NCBI GenBank assembly: GCA_963850055.1
Contig: CAWKJS010000035.1
Location: 5,226 to 69,225 of the forward strand
Direction: 5' to 3'
DNA from: an uncultured Nitrososphaeraceae archaeon
Lineage (GTDB): Archaea > Thermoproteota > Nitrososphaeria > Nitrososphaerales > Nitrososphaeraceae
Length of the DNA: 64,000 nucleotides
The notes beneath the pieces are model-generated. The model ran no database searches and was not told where the DNA came from. It saw only the letters and a program-made list of their open reading frames with translations. Each line of letters opens with the position of its first letter. Position 1 is the stretch's first letter. Positions 24,026 through 32,878 of the stretch are shown here, piece by piece. Position numbers and translations under genes: made by a program.

Positions 24026-25144
24026 ATGGGAATGGAATTTTACGGAGATTCTTACAAGGGAAATGATGAACCTATTTTTGTTGGCATACCTACTTTTCTA
24101 AAACTACCTTATGTCAAAAAAAATGAAGAATTGCAAAAGATAAAGCCTGATATAGCAATAGTAGGAGAGCCTTTCGATTTTGGAACTACAATAAGACCTG
24201 GTACTCGTTACGGCCCTAGGGCAATTAGGGCTGCATCTACTGTTCCTTCTCCACCTTATGAACATTTTAACATTGAAACTGGGGTCGACCCGTTTGGAGT
24301 CTTTAAAGCAGTTGACTACGGTGATGTCAATATCTCTCCTGGGGATGTCATTGAGTCTCATAGACGGATGACTAATAAAGTTAAGGAAGTTCTCGATATA
24401 GATGCAATCCCAATAATTCTGGGCGGAGATCATTCAGTGACCTTTGCAAACGTTCGGGCGCTTTCTAAAAAATATAAGAACATAGGAATGATCCATATTG
24501 ATTGTCATGCTGATTGTGCACCACAAGGGCTTTGTGGATTCAAATATGATCATGGAGCTCACATTAGACGAATCATGGAATTGGGATGTCTTAAGGGAAA
24601 AAATTATACGCTTATTGGCCCTAGAGGGTATTGGCCAGGACCCGATCTATACAAATGGATGGCCGATCAGGATTTTCAATGGTTTACGATGCTTGATGTA
24701 GAGGAACTAGGTATCGCTCAGATTGCCAAAGAGGCTGCGGATAGGGCAAATGACAATGTTGATGCTGTTTACGTTAGTTGGGATATCGACACTTTTGACC
24801 CTGCATATGCACCAGGGACCGGTGAACCAGAGCCCAATGGTCTCACTTCAAGGGAGGGGATGAAGCTAATGAGATTATTATCGACTTCATTTGATCCAGA
24901 TCGATTTGCATTCGATCTTGTTGAGGTCTCCCCAACCTATGATGTAAGTGACGTTAATTCCTATAATGGAGGTATTACGTCTGGGCTCGCAAATCGTCTG
25001 ATAGTTGAATTAATGGCGGGGTTATCTTTGACCAAAAAAGGTGAATCTGATGGAAAACCTGTACGACCCAAATTTTATCGTGGTAAGGGGCATACGTACG
25101 ATTTTGGAGACGGTCCTAAAGCAAAGATACCAAAAAGAGAGTAA
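24026..25144 (+). CDS. Ureohydrolase (agmatinase/guanidino-hydrolase family)
   Basis: RPGTRYGP, GGDHS, DCHAD, SWDIDTFDP, APGTG, DLVEVSP. Confidence 0.92.
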   Translation: MGMEFYGDSYKGNDEPIFVGIPTFLKLPYVKKNEELQKIKPDIAIVGEPFDFGTTIRPGTRYGPRAIRAASTVPSPPYEHFNIETGVDPFGVFKAVDYGDVNISPGDVIESHRRMTNKVKEVLDIDAIPIILGGDHSVTFANVRALSKKYKNIGMIHIDCHADCAPQGLCGFKYDHGAHIRRIMELGCLKGKNYTLIGPRGYWPGPDLYKWMADQDFQWFTMLDVEELGIAQIAKEAADRANDNVDAVYVSWDIDTFDPAYAPGTGEPEPNGLTSREGMKLMRLLSTSFDPDRFAFDLVEVSPTYDVSDVNSYNGGITSGLANRLIVELMAGLSLTKKGESDGKPVRPKFYRGKGHTYDFGDGPKAKIPKRE

Positions 25145-25518
25145 TGCTTCTAATTCGAGTACAATGCTTTTCTTCACGTCAAATCATCTATCACAATATT
25201 TTTTTGAGAGATGAAATCGATGAAACTATATTTTTTAATACATTCAAGATTGTTGAAACAAAAATTAGAAGGCAATTAAGAATCAATCTAAATGAATCAA
25301 TTTGGTTTTATTGCGGATATGTATTAAATCAATTACACTTGGGTACTGATATAGATGAGATCAAGACAAATTTATCTAGGATACTCAGTGAAGAAATGGT
25401 CATGATAGGAGTAGTGGAGTTAATGAAAAAAATTGAAATTGATATAAGAATTGCTACGGATCACGTTATTTCACATAATCTAATATTGGTAAAGCCAATA
25501 TTACCGACTAAAAATTAA
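25144..25518 (+). CDS. Divergent urease gamma subunit-like protein
   Basis: RRQLRINLNES..ILSEEMVMIGVVELMKKIEI..LVKPI parallels UreA RGLKLNYPEA..ILTxxDVMEGVPEMI..VHxPI; TAATG overlap with upstream gene. Confidence 0.65.
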   Translation: MLLIRVQCFSSRQIIYHNIFLRDEIDETIFFNTFKIVETKIRRQLRINLNESIWFYCGYVLNQLHLGTDIDEIKTNLSRILSEEMVMIGVVELMKKIEIDIRIATDHVISHNLILVKPILPTKN

Positions 25519-25658
25519 TCGGCAAATGCATCAAATCGGGTTTTATTTTTTGAAATCGATAACAATGCTGAAACAAAATTGTTGATATTTACTGTTGATA
25601 CTTGAGTTCAAACCTTGCATTTGTTCTACCATTTTGTATATTTCTGATTAATAAAAAA

Positions 25659-27365
25659 TTAATAATAGTGGTGCTGGGGCCTTTGTTGTTTGCCCAACCT
25701 ATCAAAGTAATGATCATGTTTTTTGTCTCCACCAGCATGCGAGTGCTCTGTCCCATCCTCATGGGTATGAGTGTTCATCAATGGTTTTTTGATAATAATG
25801 TCGTCTATATTTATCAAAAGACGGCTTACTTCTACGGCTGTATTGAGTACTTGCTCCTTTACAATTGTAGGTTCGATCACATCCCAATCCAGTTGAGATA
25901 TTTTTCTTTCGTCTGAATTTAGTCCAAACCATTTAACTTTTTTACTACCAAAATTCTGCGATAGATTTAGTCTAAGTTGAATAAAAGCATCCATCAAATT
26001 CAACCCTGAATTTTTTGCAAGAATTAATGGAATTTCTTCTAATGCTTCAGAGAATTTAAGTAAAACTATTTGTTCCGTTCCTTCAATCATGTTTGCTCTT
26101 TTTCTAATTTGTTGTGCCATTAATGCTTCACAAGACCCACCTCCAATGACAATGGATGGATGTTGGATGAATCTACTCATACTGGTAATAGTACTTTGAA
26201 TTGCACGATGATACTCATCTAGCATCATTTTTGAATTTGCTCTGATTAAAATTGAAACTGTTTTAGGATTCATACATCCTTCTACAAATATCATCTTATC
26301 GCTCCCTATTTTCTTCTCGTATACATTTTTGGCATATCCTACATTACTTTGTATGTTTCTAACATCCAAATCCTTTATCAGTTTTCCACCCGTAGCTTTC
26401 TCTAGCCAATGAAGATCATTCTCTTTTACTCTTTTGACTGATATTATTCCAAACTTGGCCAAAAGATCCTGTGCCACCAAGTCTATCCCTTTACGGTTTA
26501 TTACTACATTTACACCACTATCGATTATTTTTTGTATTTTGTCCCTCGTGATGTTGTTTTCTTCCATCCTAAATAGATACATGTGTTCTGGACTACTGAT
26601 TGATAATTGGGATTCTGTTTTTGTCGATCTTGCCTGCAGGTCTTCGTCTAGTAAAAGGATTCGTGCATTCTTGACAAACTTAGGCATGAGATCACTATCT
26701 ATTGTTTTATCAATCAATACCCCATCAATCAGAATACTCTCTGCTAAATTACCAATTTTTTCCTCAATTTTTATGTCATCCGCCTCTAAAAGGTAGTTAT
26801 TATTAGAATATACAATATTGATCGCATTAATGGTAATTTCTAAAATATTGTTTAATTCGGATTGTGGATCAGGGGAAAGCCTGACTTTTGTTCCTAAACA
26901 CGTCCGTGCGAGTTTCTCAATGATTGTCCTATCTTTGTTACTTACTTTTCTTGAGATATTGTACAAGGTCTCTAGGGAATACTTGAGCCCTTTATCATAT
27001 CCGTTAACAATAGTAGATGGATATATGTCCATCGCCAACATCTCTTGTGCCTTTTCCAAAAGAGTAGCCGCAATTATGGCGGTTGTTAGTGTTCCATCCC
27101 CTACTTCATTATCCACAGTATTAGTTGCATCAATTATCACCTTAGCTGCGGGGTGTTGAACATCAATCTTGCGGAGGAATGTGGCACCATCTTTTGTACA
27201 TGTCGATTCACCAATTATGTCAATATAGATCTTTTCATTTCCTAGAGGACCATAGCAGCTTTCAATTAGAGATTTTATCAGCCGAGCGGCATGAATGTTA
27301 TAACTCCTTACTTCTTTGCCACTTGTTCGCTGTGCATCATCAGGGATTAGTTTAGCATGGGACAT
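25659..27365 (-). CDS. Divergent thermosome (group II chaperonin) subunit with His-rich C-tail
   Basis: GPLG, TKDGAT, GDGTLT, LEKATGG, GGGSCE; tail HTHEDGTEHSHAGGDKKHDH..QHHYY. Confidence 0.9.
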   Translation of the reverse strand: MSHAKLIPDDAQRTSGKEVRSYNIHAARLIKSLIESCYGPLGNEKIYIDIIGESTCTKDGATFLRKIDVQHPAAKVIIDATNTVDNEVGDGTLTTAIIAATLLEKAQEMLAMDIYPSTIVNGYDKGLKYSLETLYNISRKVSNKDRTIIEKLARTCLGTKVRLSPDPQSELNNILEITINAINIVYSNNNYLLEADDIKIEEKIGNLAESILIDGVLIDKTIDSDLMPKFVKNARILLLDEDLQARSTKTESQLSISSPEHMYLFRMEENNITRDKIQKIIDSGVNVVINRKGIDLVAQDLLAKFGIISVKRVKENDLHWLEKATGGKLIKDLDVRNIQSNVGYAKNVYEKKIGSDKMIFVEGCMNPKTVSILIRANSKMMLDEYHRAIQSTITSMSRFIQHPSIVIGGGSCEALMAQQIRKRANMIEGTEQIVLLKFSEALEEIPLILAKNSGLNLMDAFIQLRLNLSQNFGSKKVKWFGLNSDERKISQLDWDVIEPTIVKEQVLNTAVEVSRLLINIDDIIIKKPLMNTHTHEDGTEHSHAGGDKKHDHYFDRLGKQQRPQHHYY

Positions 27366-27539
27366 ATCTTGTTATAATTCTTGGAGTTTATATATGGTAA
27401 CATCAAAAATGTATTTTACAAAAATTTGTAATTCGTTCTGAAAATATAAAAGTAGATTACGTATTCGTTTTTTGGAGCAAATGTGTAAATTCCCCTTTTT
27501 TGCAATACTTTTTTATAGTTATTAATTATTAATTCCTTA

Positions 27540-27833
27540 ATGCCAACTGTAACATCTAAAGTTGAAATTGAAAATGCTTCAAAGAATGCAATAAACGCCC
27601 TCTTTGGACCAAATGTTGAAAATTTTAGAATACGTGAAGTATTTCCCTATTCTGAGGATCAAATTGTAGCCCATAGCGAACAGATGGACGAGACATCTCA
27701 ACCAAAAGATGGATGGGATATTCAGGTTACATTCTTGTTAAACGGTCTTCAATATACAGTGGATCTCATCATTCATGAAAAAGATGGACAGGTAAGTTAT
27801 TCCAGGGTCATTGACAAAATGGTTCCTCTCTGA
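27540..27833 (+). CDS. Hypothetical protein
   Basis: 97 aa ATG ORF, ends 7 bp before the USP gene. Confidence 0.7.
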   Translation: MPTVTSKVEIENASKNAINALFGPNVENFRIREVFPYSEDQIVAHSEQMDETSQPKDGWDIQVTFLLNGLQYTVDLIIHEKDGQVSYSRVIDKMVPL

Positions 27834-27840
27834 TTTTTAG

Positions 27841-28299
27841 ATGCTATTTAAGAATATTTTACTAGCTTTCGATGGTTCAACTGCTTCTTCAAAAGCAGCA
27901 GAATATGCAATCTACTTGTGTAAATTAGAAGGGGCGCCTCTTACATTCTTACATAGCCTTGATCATATTAAGCAAGGCGGGGTCATAGGTCTAAGAGCAC
28001 GATATGGTGATACTAATCTGATTGATGGATACAAAAGGGCGAGAAGGCAGGACGCAGAAAAATGGATAAAACCAATTCAAGAGAGAGCCACAACAGAGGG
28101 TATCAAGAGTACCATTGCTATTTTAGATGATGAAAAAAATTCTAAAGTAGAAACAATCGTTCAATTTATAGAAAAAAATAACATCGATCTAGTTATTATG
28201 GGTTCGAGAGGATTATCTAAATTTAAACAAATGTTAGTTGGAAGTATTGCATCAGGGATAATTAGTCATTCCAAATGCCCTGTGTTGGTAATCCGATAA
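27841..28299 (+). CDS. Universal stress protein
   Basis: ILLAFDGS, DLVIMGSRG, LVGSIA, CPVLVIR. Confidence 0.93.
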   Translation: MLFKNILLAFDGSTASSKAAEYAIYLCKLEGAPLTFLHSLDHIKQGGVIGLRARYGDTNLIDGYKRARRQDAEKWIKPIQERATTEGIKSTIAILDDEKNSKVETIVQFIEKNNIDLVIMGSRGLSKFKQMLVGSIASGIISHSKCPVLVIR

Positions 28300-28303
28300 C
28301 CAT

Positions 28304-29056
28304 CTACTTTTTTTTTAGATAGTTTAGGATTATTTCTTTTACAAAATCATTTACCTCATGACCATTCTCTTTTGCCTTTTGCTCTAAAGAATTCCACAAG
28401 ATTCTATCCTTTTCTTTAGAGGGATTAAAAACTAATCTTACTGTTAGTAGTCCTTTGGGAGCGCCTCTTTTTATCCCTAATCGGATGAGTTCTTCTTTCA
28501 ATGCAGCAGGCTCGATGTCTGCCAACTTTATCTGAACTTCGGATGGCTGTCTTGCTATTTTTATACCTTCATAAAGCGTAATTTCACCATTTTCTATTTT
28601 TTCCTGAATCTGATTTGGAAGGGTAAGAATGCTTAGCCATTCACTAATTGTGCTTTTGGGTAACCCGTATAAACGAGATACTCCTGTAATTCCAGACTTC
28701 GTCGATTCTACCAATTTTTTTACCATTCTTGCCTTTTCTAAAGGGGAGAGATCTTTTCTTATTAGATTTTCAAACAGAGAGGCTGCTTCTGCTTCTGCAC
28801 CCTTCAATTTTGTAATAACTGCTGGAATTTCTTTCTCTCCTTTATTGTGGAGGGCTAAAAATCTTCTCCTTCCGATAAGTAACTTATATCTTTTAGTAAA
28901 ATTATCAAATCGGACCACAACCGGTTGAAGTAATTCAAATTTTGCCAAATGTTCTTTCATTAAGTTATCACTTGAATCTTTTCCAAATGAAAAATTCTTA
29001 CGGACATTTTCATCTGCTACATCGATTAAGTCAACCGGAATATTCTTGATTTTCAA
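28304..29056 (-). CDS. ParB/Spo0J-like protein (ParB N-domain plus HTH)
   Basis: NVRK, LLQPVVVR, LLIGRRRF, ENLIRKDLSPLEKA, HTH VSRLYGLPKSTISEWL. Confidence 0.85.
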   Translation of the reverse strand: MKIKNIPVDLIDVADENVRKNFSFGKDSSDNLMKEHLAKFELLQPVVVRFDNFTKRYKLLIGRRRFLALHNKGEKEIPAVITKLKGAEAEAASLFENLIRKDLSPLEKARMVKKLVESTKSGITGVSRLYGLPKSTISEWLSILTLPNQIQEKIENGEITLYEGIKIARQPSEVQIKLADIEPAALKEELIRLGIKRGAPKGLLTVRLVFNPSKEKDRILWNSLEQKAKENGHEVNDFVKEIILNYLKKK

Positions 29057-29133
29057 TCTTTATTACTTATTCATCTTTTATGTTATTATTTATTTTGGTT
29101 TGAAGCCTTTAGTCTGCCACTTTCTTTATTAAT

Positions 29134-29176
29134 CGTATTATACGTATCAATCTTACGCCTATATTCGTAATTTACG
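29134..29176. promoter_or_regulatory. Two CGTA-N3-TACG palindromes
   Basis: CGTATTATACG 29134-29144 and CGTAATTTACG 29166-29176, in the divergent region upstream of the ParB-like gene. Confidence 0.55.
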
Positions 29177-29217
29177 GGATTATAAACAATCCTTATATTA
29201 ATTAAATTTGATAGTAA

Positions 29218-29487
29218 GTGATGCAAAGTTATCTCAAATCAAATGAAAAACTTGATCATTATGATGAATTGAGTAAAGCGACTTTTTTATCTTACTTTAT
29301 TTCTTTATATATTTCTAATATTGAACATAAGAATAGGAACGATTGTGTTTCAGTTAATGAAATTTATGATTTTATACAAGATTTACAAGACGAATTGGAT
29401 TTTAAAGTTCCTCATGTTGACAAAAGAGATATCAGTTTGTGCTTTTATATTTTAGACAAGTTGGGTGTATGCAGTTGTTTAAAATAA
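29218..29487 (+). CDS. Hypothetical protein (possible small winged-helix fold)
   Basis: 89 aa ORF overlapping the start of the TPR gene. Confidence 0.5.
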   Translation: MMQSYLKSNEKLDHYDELSKATFLSYFISLYISNIEHKNRNDCVSVNEIYDFIQDLQDELDFKVPHVDKRDISLCFYILDKLGVCSCLK

Positions 29488-29990
29488 ACACAAACTATTT
29501 TAAGAATAAATACAAAAATCTTAGTAACGAAAGTTCAATTACGGATCAAGCCATCAATCTTGAAGAACTGGTAAAGTGTGGTGAAAAAGAGGCCAGTCGG
29601 AATAATTTTGAAAGGGCTCTAGATATTTTTGATAATGCAATAAGGATAAATCCCTCATTTGACTCTGCTTACGGTGATAAGGCCCTAGTATTTGACAAGA
29701 TGGGAGAATTGGACGAATCTTTAAAAATGTATTCTAAGGCATTGGAAATTAATCCAAAAAATTCGGTAACGTGGCATAATAGGGGTTTAACCCTAATCAA
29801 AAAGAAAAGAATGGATGAAGCCATTAATTGTTTTGATAAAGCTATTTCTATTGATAAAAATTATTCCAAAGCTTGGTATAATAAGGGAAGATGCCTTGAA
29901 ATGCAAGGTAATTTGGAAAATGCACAGATTTGTCTAACTAAGGCTAGAAAATTAGATCCATTCCTGTTTTCTAAAATTAAACTAAGATAA
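29469..29990 (+). CDS. Tetratricopeptide repeat protein
   Basis: About four TPRs (AYGDKA, TWHNRG, AWYNKG); start uncertain. Confidence 0.85.
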   Translation: MQLFKINTNYFKNKYKNLSNESSITDQAINLEELVKCGEKEASRNNFERALDIFDNAIRINPSFDSAYGDKALVFDKMGELDESLKMYSKALEINPKNSVTWHNRGLTLIKKKRMDEAINCFDKAISIDKNYSKAWYNKGRCLEMQGNLENAQICLTKARKLDPFLFSKIKLR

Positions 29991-30176
29991 AAAAGCAAAT
30001 AATACCCATTTTTAGTTCTTGTTTTGCTTTATTAAATTTCGACCAAATATTCTATTCAATTTGTTACAGACTGAACTGGACAAAAGATGATAAAGGCTGT
30101 ATCTCTTGAAACACTATTATTAATGTATATAAAAATAATTAGTAAAGTTTAATTTAGAGATTCTGTATTTTCTTTC

Positions 30177-30536
30177 ATGAAAGAAATCAATGTTTATATT
30201 CGACAGGACGATCTCTCAAAAGTGACTGATATCTTACAAAAACATAAATTGGGTATTACCTTTTTTGATATCCAGGGAACTGGTAGAACTCCACGATCTA
30301 CCTCCGAAATTATTCATTCTTATCAAACCGGTAGAACCACAATACCTAAATTTATAGGCCGTGTCCTTGTGATTTCAATAGTTTCGGATTCAATTGTTAA
30401 CCAAATCATTGAGGAGATGATGCGTAGTTTTGATACACAAGAAGAACCATACGGCGTACTCTTTGTAAAAGATGTGACTAATGCCTATGAATTAGGGACC
30501 GAGTTAAAAGGAGAGGAAGTTTTAGTTTCCAAATGA
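30177..30536 (+). CDS. P-II family nitrogen regulator (divergent)
   Basis: MKEINVYIR, QGTGR, GVLFVKDV, GEEVL. Confidence 0.82.
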   Translation: MKEINVYIRQDDLSKVTDILQKHKLGITFFDIQGTGRTPRSTSEIIHSYQTGRTTIPKFIGRVLVISIVSDSIVNQIIEEMMRSFDTQEEPYGVLFVKDVTNAYELGTELKGEEVLVSK

Positions 30537-30813
30537 TCTAATTCCAATAATGAACAATCTTTAAAAAGGCTATGCGTTTTCAGAATTATCATGACGTCTT
30601 TTTCGAGTATCTTCATGCATACTAACGGTTTTCTTATTTATCTTGGCTGCTCTAAGACACAAATCCTGTATAATCAAATTACTATCTATAGTATTAGTTG
30701 AATATTAGTAAATTATGATTATGATACTGGCCATAGTCATTTTAATCTTTGTCATGAGATCTAGTTTAACAAGATCTTAACCAATAAAAGTCGGTCCTGA
30801 TTATTTACAAGAA

Positions 30814-31092
30814 TTGACCAAAGAACTATTAGAAGAAGAAGCTTGGAATATTCTCAAGCCTGTCTGTAGAGAACTTGATGAATTGAAAAATGAAGGCCAC
30901 ATGAAGTTTTTGTCAGGACTTCATAATGAAAATGATGGTACCTATAAAATAAACCTGCGGAGTAATCATTTGCATTTTGCGTCACGAGGATTAAAGGATA
31001 GTATTGGTGATGTATCATATGAAACTGGTAGAATCAGAATTGGTATGCGAGCTAATGGGATTCCGATAAATATATTCGTTGAACTATTTTGA
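30814..31092 (+). CDS. Hypothetical protein
   Basis: 92 aa TTG ORF, protein-like composition. Confidence 0.6.
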   Translation: MTKELLEEEAWNILKPVCRELDELKNEGHMKFLSGLHNENDGTYKINLRSNHLHFASRGLKDSIGDVSYETGRIRIGMRANGIPINIFVELF

Positions 31093-31281
31093 TATGGGGG
31101 TTCTCTATTATATATAGGTCAGAATAATGAACCATCATCCTTAATTCTTGATTCTAATGTAGGATATGTAGTACGGGATTCCTTTTACTGAAAATGGGGA
31201 ATTTTAACCTCAATTTATGATTTTTCTTGTCAGATAGCTATTTACACTAAGGGAAAGTGTAGCAACTGAAGAATTTATAGT

Positions 31282-32832
31282 TCATGCTCTTTTAGGGATC
31301 ATTTGATTAGTTCTTCTTTTTAATAGTATCATACAGGGGAAGGATATCATAGAAATTATTGTTGCAGTGATAAAGATGAGATTGTATGATAACTGAGAAG
31401 GAAATGATAATCCCCCAGTACCGATTACTGACTCTTGAAAAGCTTGCATATAAGTTGAGGCAATTACTGGACCTATGGAACTGCCCATTAATACTAATAC
31501 TACTGATATCCCTATCGAGACTCCGCTATACTGATGGGGTGTATGTTGCAATGTGATATTGAAAGCTCCTACTTGTGTCAATGACAATCCTGCGGAGATT
31601 ATTATCAAATTTAATGAAATTAAAAATTCATTTACATGAAATGCGAATAAACTAGCAAAACCAATTGTAGTCAAAACACTTCCTACAACAATTGGCTTGA
31701 AATTGCCTATTTTTGATACTATAAATCCAGAGGATGGAGCAAATATTAGGAAAATTATCATGAACGGCAATTGAACCATTGCACTATCTATTGCTTCGCC
31801 ACCAAATCCAAAAGGTATTGGGCTAGTTACCAAAATTGGTATGGTTTGATAAATCATAAACATTGTTATTCCGAAAACTAAGAGGATGATATTTGAGGGA
31901 AGCAAAATTCTGTCTGATATTAATCTGAGTGGTATTAACGGATCCTTTGCCTTTCTTTCAACGATTACGAACGCTATCATTGAGCAAATTGTCAGTGTAA
32001 CAAGTGAACCCAGAACAATCCCATCAAACGATGTAAATTTGTTGGATTCGCTATTTATGTTAGCAAAATATGTTAAAGTTAATAAGAAAGCTGAAATTGA
32101 TAAAGCTAGAGATATTGCTCCCTTAATATCAATTTGATGTCTGGTTTTTTTATCACCTAGGTTATTTTGATTTACTAGTACACTTTCTTTTTTGGGTGGG
32201 TTGAAATTTGAATTTTGTTCATCTTCATCGTTGATATCAAGTGTGTTATCCTCCTTTATTCGCTTCTTTATTATGATCCAAAGTATGATTGCCACTGGTA
32301 TTATAGTGAAAAAGGTAGCTTGCCATCCAAAATTTTGGACTATTGTCCCACCTATAGCCATTCCAACTACTGATCCTGCAGCAAACATCGAACTGAAAAT
32401 TCCTACACCAATTGCAATCTTAGACATCGGAAATTGGTCCCTTATGATACCAAATGCGATGGGAAACATTGAAATGCCTATCCCTTGAATGATTCTTGCC
32501 AAAATTAAAGTGTAAATATTAGTTGACAATCCTCCAATGGCGATTCCCACAATATAAATAATAAAAATCACGAGCACCATTTTTTTTCTACCATATATGT
32601 CTGATAATTTTCCTGCAATAGGTGTCATGACTGCTCCTGAAATTAAGTAGGCTGTCAGAATCCATGACGAGGTACTGTATGAAATATCAAAATCTTTAAT
32701 TATATCACTAATAGCTGGTAAAAGCATGGTTTCTCCGTACATCGTAATTAAAATCGTCGATCCCAATATTGCCAATGTTATCCACGTGGATTCATGAATC
32801 TTTTCGCTGGCATTTGGTTTTATGTTTTTCAT
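31282..32832 (-). CDS. MFS transporter, DHA2-like (about 14 TM)
   Basis: AGKLSDIYGRK, ARIIQGIG, ERKAKDPLIPL. Confidence 0.92.
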   Translation of the reverse strand: MKNIKPNASEKIHESTWITLAILGSTILITMYGETMLLPAISDIIKDFDISYSTSSWILTAYLISGAVMTPIAGKLSDIYGRKKMVLVIFIIYIVGIAIGGLSTNIYTLILARIIQGIGISMFPIAFGIIRDQFPMSKIAIGVGIFSSMFAAGSVVGMAIGGTIVQNFGWQATFFTIIPVAIILWIIIKKRIKEDNTLDINDEDEQNSNFNPPKKESVLVNQNNLGDKKTRHQIDIKGAISLALSISAFLLTLTYFANINSESNKFTSFDGIVLGSLVTLTICSMIAFVIVERKAKDPLIPLRLISDRILLPSNIILLVFGITMFMIYQTIPILVTSPIPFGFGGEAIDSAMVQLPFMIIFLIFAPSSGFIVSKIGNFKPIVVGSVLTTIGFASLFAFHVNEFLISLNLIIISAGLSLTQVGAFNITLQHTPHQYSGVSIGISVVLVLMGSSIGPVIASTYMQAFQESVIGTGGLSFPSQLSYNLIFITATIISMISFPCMILLKRRTNQMIPKRA

Positions 32833-32878
32833 GAATGGATGTCCTAGTTTAGTAAAAAATGGTAATAACGTTATCCGG

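Noticed and set aside
24026-25144. Calling the enzyme guanidinase GdmH or agmatinase SpeB
   Set aside because: Lacks the Trp I recall for GdmH, no hypA/hypB-like partners, and differs from SpeB motifs; substrate left open
28304-29056. Plasmid or provirus marked by ParB
   Set aside because: No integrase, replication, structural or parA genes and no att sites nearby
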